Positions 40,788-50,484 of a stretch of 64,000 nt of DNA are shown piece after piece (positions within the stretch are counted from its first letter, which is position 1; the number at the start of each line of letters is the position of its first letter). The translations under genes and the position numbers were made by a program. The notes under the pieces are model-generated. The model had not been told where the DNA came from and did not search any database. It saw nothing but the letters and a program-made list of their open reading frames with translations. The stretch lies in the NCBI GenBank assembly GCA_963663385.2, contig CAXXXD010000002.1:96001-160000 (forward strand), given 5' to 3'. This stretch comes from Oceanispirochaeta sp. GTDB lineage: Bacteria > Spirochaetota > Spirochaetia > DSM-2461.

Positions 40788-43739
40788 CTATCGTTTCAGG
40801 ATTTTATTCAAAGAGTTTATATACTGACTCCCCCGGCTGAGATAGAACGCCATTGCTTTGCTGTAGTTTTTTCCTAAAAACCCGTCCAGAAAGAGGTTGC
40901 AGATCATTTTCTGTCTTTCCAGAACATACTGGAACCGTAAAAAAATCAGTCTTTCTTCCATGGACATCTGTTTTACCAAACGCTTTAATACGGTACGGGC
41001 ATGAGGCTGATAGTACCAGAAATAGAGTAGATCCAGGGCATCATAAATGGAGGCCTTTAATAATTCCGGGTTCTCGATTTTGATTGTTTTGGCTACTTTT
41101 TTGGGGGTCTTCAGGAGATGGAGAACATTGTCTTCCGGAAGAAGGAGTTCCATATTTACATAGGAACTGTACATCTGTCTGATCTTTCTCTGATAATCCT
41201 TACGCCGCAAAAGGATATTCCTGTTCCTGTCGGCAGTGCCCTCGATCACTCCTGCGACACAGTCGGAAGCGGCTTTTGAGATTACCGCTGCCCACTTCTG
41301 AAGAATAAGCTCTACACCTGTGACGCCCAGGGAAAAAAGCAATCCTTCCAGTATATAGTTGAATGCAATAGCCAGGGGAATTGACAGGATAGAGCGGAAA
41401 AAGTTCCCCGCTATGGCTCCCGCAGGGAGGCCTCTGAAAAAATTGTGGCTGGAGATGTAAATCCCATTGACCAGAGCCATAATCCCGTATAAAGCAAGAA
41501 CGTTTGTGGAGGTATTGATCCCGAAACCCCTATCCAGAAGCAGATGTTTTACCAGAAAATCCAGAAGGGGAACCGAAAAACCTGTATACAGGAGCGAATC
41601 GGCAACACGGCTCCAATTGACATAGCTGTTCCACGATAACAGAGGAGACCTGCGCAGACTATCCCCTCCGAGTATGGACTGAAGAATATTTCTGAGACCC
41701 GTGATCCCGAACCAGATGGGAGCTCCCAGATAGGCCAGTACCCACCACTGTTTTGTCAGGGCGAATGTCAGGAATGCCGGAATAAACCCGATGAGTACTT
41801 TTAAAAAATTCTTTACGTTACTATTCAGATAAGTCCACTTATAGGAAAGACTGTGATTCTCCACAATCGGGGCGTCCTGTTCAATGCCTGTATCCATCTG
41901 GGGTTTCCAGCCGAGGGCGATGACATTGTTGGCGTCTTTCCTATCCGAGGAGTGGCGTGCTGCCAGCCACTCCCTTCCATCGGGAGAGTCATTTCCAATC
42001 ATGGGACTGTCTTTTTGACTGGATTTCCGTTTCATCCAGCCCGGCGTATAGGTCCGTCTTATTTTTACAGGGAGATAGATGGGGAGCATCCTTTGTTTTT
42101 CTCTCTTCCGAATCTCCTTCTGCGTCTTTTTGGGAAGTGTTTCAATTACAGCCAGTCCCATACCGTACAACTGGCTGGACCGGCCTGTGGAGTCAGTCCC
42201 CCAGCGGTCTGCAACTGGATGGGATTCATAGTAACTGAGCAGTCCGGGAAGGTCATTGAGAATACGGTTCAGTTTTTCCAGCCGGGTAGTTTTATCCGGT
42301 TCCTCCGACTTCTCCACCTCATCTATCAGAGATAAAATTGCCCTTTTCAGTGCTATTGTATTGCCGTTATTGAGAGGATGCTGAAATGAGCGGATTCTGG
42401 GGATCTCCCTGTTAAGTCCCTGAGCCCAATCCTTATGATTGTAAATCTCGAGTTCTGTAATGCTGCCTTTGCTGAGATAGATAAGCTCCAGTACATCCTC
42501 AGCATGGAGGCCTGTTAGGTTAAGGGTTAATCTGTATCCGGGGTGAATGGAGTCCAGTCTCTGTATCAGTTCCTCCGGGGTAGGGATGTTCTTTCCGCTT
42601 TCGGAGGAACTGATCTGTTCTATACTGAGATCCCGAAAATACTCTTCAAATAATTGTTCGGAAATGCAGTGTTCTATCTGTGTAATCTGCGATTCAAGAA
42701 ACGCCCTTTCTTCTCCGGTTGTTTCATCCACTTTTTCAATGCAATAGGCCAGCCTCTCCTTCAGTAATGGCTGAGCACTGTTGAAAATATATTCAGATAA
42801 ATGCAGCATGGATGCCTGACCGGTACCTACGAAATTTTTAAACTCCTTCATCTCCAGTTCTGGAAGAACCACGCCATAGTCTTTATTAAAACGTGTTCGT
42901 ATCTTCTGATTAAATAGTTTAAGAGCCGTAAAAACATCTTTTTCATTTTTCTGGCAGGTTTTTAGACCCTCTTTCATAAAATGGGCCACTTCTGTTCTTT
43001 TTAAAAACCTGAGAAATCCATCCGTATCAGAGAATCCTCTCGGAACCCAGATAAGTGACGCAGACTTACCCTGCAGGCTGGCCTTTAATTCCACACCGAT
43101 CCGGACATTTATTTCCATATAGGATGCTGCTGTGAGCAGTTCTTTTGCTGCTTCCGGGGGGATATATTCATAATAAATAACAGTAAGAGAGCGTATCCCC
43201 TTGATCCAGGCATCCATTATCAGGTGGGATGGGGTTTTGCGTCCTTTTGTATGGGCATCATGCACATGATGGTCAAATGTCAGCTGGTTCCACTCCTCCG
43301 GCATTTCCAGAAGATGATATTTCTTCAGAAACTTACGGACAACAACGGGTTTCCCCGTTAATATATTATGGAAATCGTAGGCCAGCTCCAGCAGGTGCTG
43401 TTCGTCCTCGTTCTCTCTCAGAAGGTCTTTCATAACAGAAAGAAGAGCCCTGGCGGTATTTTTGCTCATTGAGCCCTGTGCGCTGAAGAAAACTTCGTCA
43501 CGAAGGGAGTGGAGGGCTTTCAACCGATCGTCGGGGTTTCCTTCTTCAAGGGTAAAAAGCAGATTTTTCATGAGATTCGCTACTCTGATACCTTTTGGAT
43601 TTCCCAGTTCCTTTATTCCTCTGGGGTGCATATGGTAATTGAATAGAGACTGTTCTTTCCTTGACATGTTCCTGTGATTGCCTACCGGGAGGTGTTCGAG
43701 TAGTTTACGATCGCGGTCATTAAATAGAAGATCCCTCAT
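40788..43739 (-). CDS. Large hypothetical protein with a PHP-like metallo-hydrolase domain and a C-terminal membrane region
   Basis: FDHHVHD..TKGRKTP, IGVEL, GTDSTG; several TM helices at about aa 645-830; RBS AAGGAG. Confidence 0.7.
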   Translation of the reverse strand: MRDLLFNDRDRKLLEHLPVGNHRNMSRKEQSLFNYHMHPRGIKELGNPKGIRVANLMKNLLFTLEEGNPDDRLKALHSLRDEVFFSAQGSMSKNTARALLSVMKDLLRENEDEQHLLELAYDFHNILTGKPVVVRKFLKKYHLLEMPEEWNQLTFDHHVHDAHTKGRKTPSHLIMDAWIKGIRSLTVIYYEYIPPEAAKELLTAASYMEINVRIGVELKASLQGKSASLIWVPRGFSDTDGFLRFLKRTEVAHFMKEGLKTCQKNEKDVFTALKLFNQKIRTRFNKDYGVVLPELEMKEFKNFVGTGQASMLHLSEYIFNSAQPLLKERLAYCIEKVDETTGEERAFLESQITQIEHCISEQLFEEYFRDLSIEQISSSESGKNIPTPEELIQRLDSIHPGYRLTLNLTGLHAEDVLELIYLSKGSITELEIYNHKDWAQGLNREIPRIRSFQHPLNNGNTIALKRAILSLIDEVEKSEEPDKTTRLEKLNRILNDLPGLLSYYESHPVADRWGTDSTGRSSQLYGMGLAVIETLPKKTQKEIRKREKQRMLPIYLPVKIRRTYTPGWMKRKSSQKDSPMIGNDSPDGREWLAARHSSDRKDANNVIALGWKPQMDTGIEQDAPIVENHSLSYKWTYLNSNVKNFLKVLIGFIPAFLTFALTKQWWVLAYLGAPIWFGITGLRNILQSILGGDSLRRSPLLSWNSYVNWSRVADSLLYTGFSVPLLDFLVKHLLLDRGFGINTSTNVLALYGIMALVNGIYISSHNFFRGLPAGAIAGNFFRSILSIPLAIAFNYILEGLLFSLGVTGVELILQKWAAVISKAASDCVAGVIEGTADRNRNILLRRKDYQRKIRQMYSSYVNMELLLPEDNVLHLLKTPKKVAKTIKIENPELLKASIYDALDLLYFWYYQPHARTVLKRLVKQMSMEERLIFLRFQYVLERQKMICNLFLDGFLGKNYSKAMAFYLSRGSQYINSLNKILKR

Positions 43740-43824
43740 TTATTGTGCTCCTTGTATAATAAGTATATCATAATATCAGACAATCTGCCGAGTATGTTTC
43801 TCTCTCTGAATCCGAACGAGCCCT

Positions 43825-45321
43825 CTACAGGATTTCATCCAGGTTTTCGATCCGGAGAATCCCTGTTTTATTTATAACCACGCAGTAATGATAGAGCTCT
43901 TCTGTTTCTCTGAGGTTGTCATTCTTCAGGCTCATTATCATATGAACCTTGTATACGCGGTTCCCCTTTATTTTCAGTTTCTTCATATTTTCCAGGCGGT
44001 AGAAGATATCCTTGGGGTCATCCATTTCTCTCAGCCAGTCGACAATATGTATGCGGATGATCTCGGTTACACTGTTTATCCTCGAGTGATTTCCCCTAAG
44101 TTTCCTTGAATCCAGATCTATGGTTCTCTGGTAGTGAATAACATCCTGTTCCGGGAAAATGGGGCGGAACGGATTGGGGGTGCGGAACCGCATTTTCCGG
44201 ATTTTATCCGGAACCTGTCCCGCTTTGCCGAATCCCGCATACCCTCTGGATACTCCGACTCTTTTATCCATTGTGGGGTCGAAAAGAAGGGACAGCTGGT
44301 CTGAGGTGAAACGGGGGAGAAGGCGTTTCATCCTCTCCCTGGACACTTCCTTGATCCTGTCTTTGAAAATATACGAAAAAACAATTAACAGGATCCAGGG
44401 CATACTGTTGGGACTGAAGACCTTTCCGGCGAATATGGTAACAAGAACGGCGAATATCATGGCAAGTCCCGCTGCAATCCCTGCAATGATATGCCCGATC
44501 CTGTGGGGGGCCCGGCTGTCTTCGTTATTCATGTACATGGCGGACTGAGACCATTTTTTCAGCACATTTTCTCTGTAGGCAAGTCTTTCTCCGGAGCGGG
44601 AATCCTCTTCCATGTAAAGGTACTGGTAGTTCATGGACTTCCGGTATTCCGTTTCTTCTCTGGTTATCTTCTCATAGGCTTTTAGCAGTTTTTCGGGGGA
44701 AGTGATGTTCTGGGTATAAGAGAAAAGGCGGTTCATGGCCCTTTCTGTTATGATGCTGATGGATTCGTCGGCCCAGGCAAGGGCTGTTCTCTGTACATCC
44801 GTAATCCGGGGGCTGATAAAAAGGGCATGAAGTTTTCTGAACTCTTCCAGGAAGGCTTTTACCTCCTTCAGAAAAAGGTTGATCCTTTTGCAGCACATGC
44901 TTTCCATAAGCTGCTTTTGAATTTCCTGCCCCATCAGTTCTATCGTGTTATCCACCTCCGACCGGTACATATTGGTCAGAACCTGCAGTTCATAGAGAAG
45001 AATATCTTTTTTCCGGGGCTGCTCAATTTCGGGGATATCCATAAAGTTTCGGATTCTGCTTAATGGACTCAGATCGTTTTCCCTGTCTATCAGCATTTTC
45101 AGGGAGAGGGCCGGTGTGGAGAAACGCGTATAGATTCTGATGTTGCTGATGAAGTTTTTTACTCCGATCCTCTTGCTTGTAACACCCAGCTGACTGGGAA
45201 AGAAGAAATAACAATCCATCTTGTAATCGGTTTTCTTTGCATCCTGTAGAAGGGGGTATTCAGATTTCAGCTCCAGGTGGTGTCTGCTGTGGACCCTGAC
45301 AGAACAATTGTACTCTTTCAT
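43825..45321 (-). CDS. Hypothetical protein with two internal TM helices
   Basis: Long ORF (about 498 aa) with a TM hairpin IIAGIAAGLAMIFAVLV / WILLIVFSYIFKDRIKE flanked by soluble domains. Confidence 0.7.
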   Translation of the reverse strand: MKEYNCSVRVHSRHHLELKSEYPLLQDAKKTDYKMDCYFFFPSQLGVTSKRIGVKNFISNIRIYTRFSTPALSLKMLIDRENDLSPLSRIRNFMDIPEIEQPRKKDILLYELQVLTNMYRSEVDNTIELMGQEIQKQLMESMCCKRINLFLKEVKAFLEEFRKLHALFISPRITDVQRTALAWADESISIITERAMNRLFSYTQNITSPEKLLKAYEKITREETEYRKSMNYQYLYMEEDSRSGERLAYRENVLKKWSQSAMYMNNEDSRAPHRIGHIIAGIAAGLAMIFAVLVTIFAGKVFSPNSMPWILLIVFSYIFKDRIKEVSRERMKRLLPRFTSDQLSLLFDPTMDKRVGVSRGYAGFGKAGQVPDKIRKMRFRTPNPFRPIFPEQDVIHYQRTIDLDSRKLRGNHSRINSVTEIIRIHIVDWLREMDDPKDIFYRLENMKKLKIKGNRVYKVHMIMSLKNDNLRETEELYHYCVVINKTGILRIENLDEIL

Positions 45322-45467
45322 AATATTTGTCCAATTCGTTAGGAAACTAACAAACAAATAACATAACCTTAAATTGTAAAGCTGTAAATGTTAAAAATTT
45401 AAATGTTACCGGATTGATACCCTGTTCTGTCTGTTCCGGTGAACGAGGAGTTGGGGGAATTCTTTTA

Positions 45468-45539
45468 TTGACAATTTGAGGGATTGCCATTTAATATTTA
45501 AATGTAAAGAAAAATTAACATAAATACCTCTATGTTAAT
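45468..45539 (+). promoter_or_regulatory. Promoter and inverted-repeat operator of the first Fe3+/AfuABC-like operon
   Basis: TTGACA at 45468, AT-rich -10 near 45491, and ATTAACATA-N8-TATGTTAAT at 45514-45539. Confidence 0.55.
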
Positions 45540-45588
45540 AAAAATTTACTTTATGGCTTTAATTGAAAAAATCTGAAAGGAGAGACAA

Positions 45589-46743
45589 ATGAAAAATTGC
45601 TCAAGACTTACGATTCTGATGTTGCTTGTTCTGCTTCTGGGAGGCGGCTTGATAATGGCGACAGGCTCACAGGAAGCTGCTGAAGAGACGGAAGTCGTTG
45701 TCGAAGAGGTCGTTATGACCCATGACGAACTGGTTGCCGCCGCCAAAGCGGAAGGTAAGGTTGCTGTATATTCAGTTACAAGCAGAATCGCCAATGCGGC
45801 GGCTGCGTTTACCGAAAAATACGGTATTGAAGTGGAAGCTTCCAATCTGAAGGATTTCGAACTGATTGAGAAAATTTCAAAGGAAGGCAGTACCGGCGTT
45901 AATGGTGCGGACTTTGTTCTCTGCCAGGATGGCGGACGGGTAATGGGTGAGTTGTTAACTCTTGATTATCTTTATAACTATGTTCCTCCTGCCATGGAAA
46001 GTGTAATCCCTGCAGAATTCCAGAACCCTCTGGCCTTTGCCTTTATCAACAAGGTCTTTATCTACAATGATGAAGCCTCGCCGGAATATCCGTTTACAAA
46101 TATCTGGGCTTTGACAACAGAAGAGTGGAGAGGCAAATTCCAGTTCAAGAATCCCTTCCAGGAAGGAGTTAATGCAAACTTTCTTACCATGGTAACCAAG
46201 CCCGAGGTTGCGGATAAAATCGCGGCGGCTTACAAAGAGTATTTCGGACGGGAAATTCAACTGACCACGGAAAACGCCGGTTACGAGTGGATTAAGGGTA
46301 TTCTGGAAAATGATATGATTCTTACAACATCCGACACCAAAACAGCCGAAAGCATCGGTATTCGCGGTCAGAACAAGAAGAATAACGCCGGATTGTTTGT
46401 TTTCTCAAAATTCCGCTATAAAGAGAGTAAAAATCTGGCTCTGGAACCGATTATGGATGTTGAACCCTTTTCCGGTTTTTACTATCCCATCTACGCTCTA
46501 ATGAGCACTAACGCCCAGAATCCTGCCGCTGCAAAGCTCTTTATTGAGTTTCTGCTGACAGAAGAAGGATTCCAGCCCTGGAGTACGGATCTGGGAACTT
46601 ACTCTTCCAATCCTAATGTTCCTCTGCAGCCAAATGATCATCCCATGACAACATGGGTAGATATCCTTGTGGAAGAAGATCCTGCCTACTGTTTCGAAAA
46701 CAGAGCAGACGTCGAAGAATTTCTTAACGAATTTATTTATTAA
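45589..46743 (+). CDS. ABC substrate-binding protein (FbpA/AfuA superfamily)
   Basis: Signal peptide ending ATGSQE; AAKAEGKVAVYS; NPAAAKLFIEFLLTEEG. Confidence 0.85.
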   Translation: MKNCSRLTILMLLVLLLGGGLIMATGSQEAAEETEVVVEEVVMTHDELVAAAKAEGKVAVYSVTSRIANAAAAFTEKYGIEVEASNLKDFELIEKISKEGSTGVNGADFVLCQDGGRVMGELLTLDYLYNYVPPAMESVIPAEFQNPLAFAFINKVFIYNDEASPEYPFTNIWALTTEEWRGKFQFKNPFQEGVNANFLTMVTKPEVADKIAAAYKEYFGREIQLTTENAGYEWIKGILENDMILTTSDTKTAESIGIRGQNKKNNAGLFVFSKFRYKESKNLALEPIMDVEPFSGFYYPIYALMSTNAQNPAAAKLFIEFLLTEEGFQPWSTDLGTYSSNPNVPLQPNDHPMTTWVDILVEEDPAYCFENRADVEEFLNEFIY

Positions 46744-46797
46744 ACAGTTATGGCGGAGTTCTCCGGGACTCCGCAATTTATATTAAGGATGTAAAAC

Positions 46798-48591
46798 GTG
46801 AATTATCAAAACAGGATAAAAGCGTTCATAAAAAAACCCCATAATATTATCCTGGTTACTCTGGCTTTTATACTGGTGTATCTGACAGTTGTTCCCATGA
46901 TAACAATAATACTGGACACTTTTACTGTTCATCAGTCTGAACTGATGCGGGTAAAAGGGGCAAAGGTAGGAGACTTTACGCTGTATCACTGGAATAAAGT
47001 CCTTTTTTCTTCTTCCAGTCGTAAAATCTTTTATGAACCTTTTCTGAATACCATGGTGGTCTCCTTTGGTACATGTTTCATTTCAATTTTTCTGGGAGGT
47101 CTGGTCGCCTGGCTTATAACAAGAACGAATATCAAGTATAAGGGAGTTATTTCCACTCTCTTTATTTTTCCATATATCATGCCGTCCTGGACCCTGGCGA
47201 TGGCATGGCTGAATTTCTTCAAGAACTCCAGAGTCGGGGGCGCTCCGGGTATCTTTACCGCCTTGACCGGGATTGAAACGGCGAACTGGTTTGCCTACGG
47301 ACCATTTCCCATTGTTGTCGTTCTCGGGCTTCATTATGCTCCCTTCGCCTATATTCTCATCGGGGGGATCCTGAGGAACATGGATGCCAACCTGGAGGAG
47401 GCTGCTCTGATCCTGAAAGCCAGTCGCTGGAAGATCATGAGGAAAGTGACTATGCCTATTGTATTGCCGGCTATGCTTTCCACATTCCTGCTGGTTTTCT
47501 CAAGCGCCATGAGCGCCTTTGCCGTACCGGCTTTTCTGGGGACTTCTGTCAGATATCAGGTTCTTACAACCCAGATGTTCAGGACTCTGAACGGACTGAA
47601 TCCGGGGTACGGTTATATTATGTCGCTGATTATGATAGCCACAGGCGTTTTAATCCTCGGGATCAACCAGTATATCATCGGGACCAGGAAGTCCTTTACA
47701 ACCATTACCGGTAAGAGTTCAAATATTTCCTTAATCAATCTGAAAGCCTTCCGGACTGTTATCTCCCTGCTGCTTGTCCTGTTTATCGCAATAGTCTGTA
47801 TGGTTCCTCTGTTCTCCTTTGCTCTGGAGTCCTTTATTATGGAGCCGGGGAACTATTCCCTCGATAACTATACAACCCTCTTCTGGGTCGGAAAGGGTGA
47901 TCCATCCGTAGCCAACGGGGAACCCGGGATTCTCAGAAACCCATCCATTTTTCACGGGTTGTGGAATAGTGTCCGTCTTTCCGTACTGGTTTCGTTTATT
48001 GCCGGATCTGTGGGTATCCTTGCCGGTTACGCTATCGTTAAAAAGAAGAACACAAGACTGTCTCTTTTTGTAAACAATATGGCTTTCTTTCCCTACCTGA
48101 TGCCCAGTATGGCGTTTGGCGCCATCTATCTCTCAATGTTTGCCGTTAAGCGTGGTTTTATCCCGCCCCTGTATGGTTCATTTGCCATTCTTGTTCTGGT
48201 AGGAGCTGTTAAATACCTTCCCTTTGCTTCCCGGGCCAGTGTAGGAGCCATGCATCAGCTGAGCAGTGAAATAGAGGAAGCCGGAATCATTCAGGGAATC
48301 GGCTGGTGGAAGAGGATGCTGCGCATCATCATTCCCATACAGAAAGCCAGTTTTATTTCGGGTTACCTTCTCCCGTTTATTTCCTGTATGAGGGAGTTGT
48401 CTCTATTTATTCTTCTGGTTACGCCCTCATCTCGTATTCTGACAACCATGCTGTTTCAGTACAACGAAAAGGGATGGAACCAGTACGCCAATGCCATAAA
48501 TCTTCTGATAGTGCTCTTTGTCGTATTCAGTAATGTAATGGTAAACCGTATCACCGGTGCTTCAATTGATAAAGGAATAGGAGGGCAGTAA
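46798..48591 (+). CDS. FbpB/AfuB-type duplicated ABC permease
   Basis: Two EAA loops (LEEAALILKAS and IEEAGIIQG); about 12 TM segments. Confidence 0.9.
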   Translation: MNYQNRIKAFIKKPHNIILVTLAFILVYLTVVPMITIILDTFTVHQSELMRVKGAKVGDFTLYHWNKVLFSSSSRKIFYEPFLNTMVVSFGTCFISIFLGGLVAWLITRTNIKYKGVISTLFIFPYIMPSWTLAMAWLNFFKNSRVGGAPGIFTALTGIETANWFAYGPFPIVVVLGLHYAPFAYILIGGILRNMDANLEEAALILKASRWKIMRKVTMPIVLPAMLSTFLLVFSSAMSAFAVPAFLGTSVRYQVLTTQMFRTLNGLNPGYGYIMSLIMIATGVLILGINQYIIGTRKSFTTITGKSSNISLINLKAFRTVISLLLVLFIAIVCMVPLFSFALESFIMEPGNYSLDNYTTLFWVGKGDPSVANGEPGILRNPSIFHGLWNSVRLSVLVSFIAGSVGILAGYAIVKKKNTRLSLFVNNMAFFPYLMPSMAFGAIYLSMFAVKRGFIPPLYGSFAILVLVGAVKYLPFASRASVGAMHQLSSEIEEAGIIQGIGWWKRMLRIIIPIQKASFISGYLLPFISCMRELSLFILLVTPSSRILTTMLFQYNEKGWNQYANAINLLIVLFVVFSNVMVNRITGASIDKGIGGQ

Positions 48592-48592
48592 T

Positions 48593-49705
48593 ATGCCGCA
48601 GATCAGACTAAAAAATATAACTAAAAGATTCGGTAAATCCGTTGCTGTTGATAATTTGAACCTGAATATCGATGACAGGGAATTCATAACTCTCCTGGGC
48701 CCTTCCGGGTGCGGAAAAACGACAACCCTCCGTATGATCGCCGGACTGGAAACTCCGACAGAGGGGGAAATCTTTATTGACGGAAAATGTGTTTTCTCTT
48801 CAGAGTCAGGAATCGATATCTCTCCCGATAAACGGAATGTGGGATTCCTTTTTCAGAATTATGCCCTTTGGCCCCATATGACTGTGTTTAAAAACATTGC
48901 CTTCGGTCTGGAAAATCTGAAGTGGGAGAAAACGAAGATTGCCGACAGGGTGCATGAACTGCTGAAAATGCTCCGGATAGAGGAACTGGTGGACCGGTAT
49001 CCTTCGGAACTGTCCGGCGGACAGCAGCAGAGAGTCGCGATTGCCCGAACCCTGGCTACGGGGCCTAAAATCCTCTTTATGGACGAACCCTTAAGCAACC
49101 TGGATGCCAAACTCAGAATGGAGATGAGAGCAGAGCTGAAACGCCTCCATATGGAGACGGACTCTACCTTTGTTTATGTTACACACGACCAGCTGGAAGC
49201 CATGACCCTTTCCACGAAAATCTGTCTTCTGAAGGAAGGTCTGCTGCAGCAGTTTGAACCGCCCATGTCGGTTTACCGCAACCCGGCCAACTATTTTGTT
49301 GCTGATTTTGTGGGCAGTCCCAATATCAATATGATTGAACTGAAGGGCAGTAATATTAATCTGGATGAAATAAAACTTGTGAACAGGAATATGGAGTTTC
49401 TGTTTATCCCCCAGTCCTCCAGTATTAATGTGCATGAGGATCAGGAACTCCTTTTAGGTATAAGGCCTGAGGATCTCTCCATTTGTGATGACGGGGATTT
49501 TGAAGCTAATGTTTATTCTACTCTTCCCTCGGGAATGGAAACCGTTGTTAAGCTGGAAATCAATGATCTGATGCTTACCTGTGTTGTTTTCGGCAGTGTG
49601 GATTTTAAAATGGGAGAGACGGTTAAAGTCAAATTCCATGGCCAGGATTATGTGCTGTTCGACAAGGAAAGCGAGAAAAATCTGGGAGTGGGGAAGCTGA
49701 TGTAA
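48593..49705 (+). CDS. ABC ATP-binding protein (FbpC/AfuC-type)
   Basis: GPSGCGKT, FQNYALWPH, LSGGQQQR, DEPLSNLD. Confidence 0.92.
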   Translation: MPQIRLKNITKRFGKSVAVDNLNLNIDDREFITLLGPSGCGKTTTLRMIAGLETPTEGEIFIDGKCVFSSESGIDISPDKRNVGFLFQNYALWPHMTVFKNIAFGLENLKWEKTKIADRVHELLKMLRIEELVDRYPSELSGGQQQRVAIARTLATGPKILFMDEPLSNLDAKLRMEMRAELKRLHMETDSTFVYVTHDQLEAMTLSTKICLLKEGLLQQFEPPMSVYRNPANYFVADFVGSPNINMIELKGSNINLDEIKLVNRNMEFLFIPQSSSINVHEDQELLLGIRPEDLSICDDGDFEANVYSTLPSGMETVVKLEINDLMLTCVVFGSVDFKMGETVKVKFHGQDYVLFDKESEKNLGVGKLM

Positions 49706-49725
49706 TGGTGTGAATGTATTACAAT

Positions 49726-49756
49726 AGGTATGATCCTTTTTAACAGGATCATACCT
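49726..49756. terminator. Hairpin between the ABC operon and the two-component genes
   Basis: Perfect 12-bp stem AGGTATGATCCT-N7-AGGATCATACCT. Confidence 0.6.
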
Positions 49757-49778
49757 GTACGGTTAATATAATTTAAGG

Positions 49779-50483
49779 ATGGCAGAAATGAAACGCCGGA
49801 AAATCCTGCTTGTTGATGATGAAGTCCATATTCAGGAGATGCTTCGCATAAATATGAAATCTCAGGGCTATGAGTGCCTGTCCGCCTATACGGGAGAGGA
49901 GGCTCTGGATATTGCCCGGAAAGAATCTCCGGATCTTATCCTCCTGGATGTCATGATGCCGGGAATGGACGGTGTTGAAACCTGCCGCAGGTTAAAAGCG
50001 GATAAGAACCTTCGTGCTATTCCGGTTCTAATGGTTAGTGCCAAGAGCCAGGGGCAGGATAAGATAAAGGGCCTTGAGGGGGGAGCGGATGATTACATTA
50101 CCAAACCCTTCAGTATTCATGAGCTTTTTCTGAGAATCAGGGCTTCGTTAAGACAGGTGGATCTTCTGACAAATGGTCGGAACGGGATCCTGCAGGCCGG
50201 TTCTCTTGCTCTGGATACGGAAAAACACCAGGTTACGACCGATGGAGAGAAAATCGATCTTACCCTTAAGGAATACAGGATCCTCTATCTTCTGATGAAA
50301 GACCGGGGAGCTCTTATTTCCCGGGAGGAGATGATCCAGGAAGTATTTGATATGGAGCCGGAGAAAATGGGGAGAACCCTGGATGTTCACGTCAGCAATA
50401 TCCGGAAAAAGCTGGAAGCCCGGAGTGTGTCGGGCTGCGAAATCGAAACCGTCAGGGGAAAGGGATTCCGTATCTCCGATTGA
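49779..50483 (+). CDS. OmpR/PhoB-family response regulator
   Basis: ILLVDDE, LLDVMMPGMDG, GADDYITKPF, wHTH RTLDVHVSNIRKKL...TVRGKGF. Confidence 0.92.
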   Translation: MAEMKRRKILLVDDEVHIQEMLRINMKSQGYECLSAYTGEEALDIARKESPDLILLDVMMPGMDGVETCRRLKADKNLRAIPVLMVSAKSQGQDKIKGLEGGADDYITKPFSIHELFLRIRASLRQVDLLTNGRNGILQAGSLALDTEKHQVTTDGEKIDLTLKEYRILYLLMKDRGALISREEMIQEVFDMEPEKMGRTLDVHVSNIRKKLEARSVSGCEIETVRGKGFRISD

Positions 50484-50484
50484 T

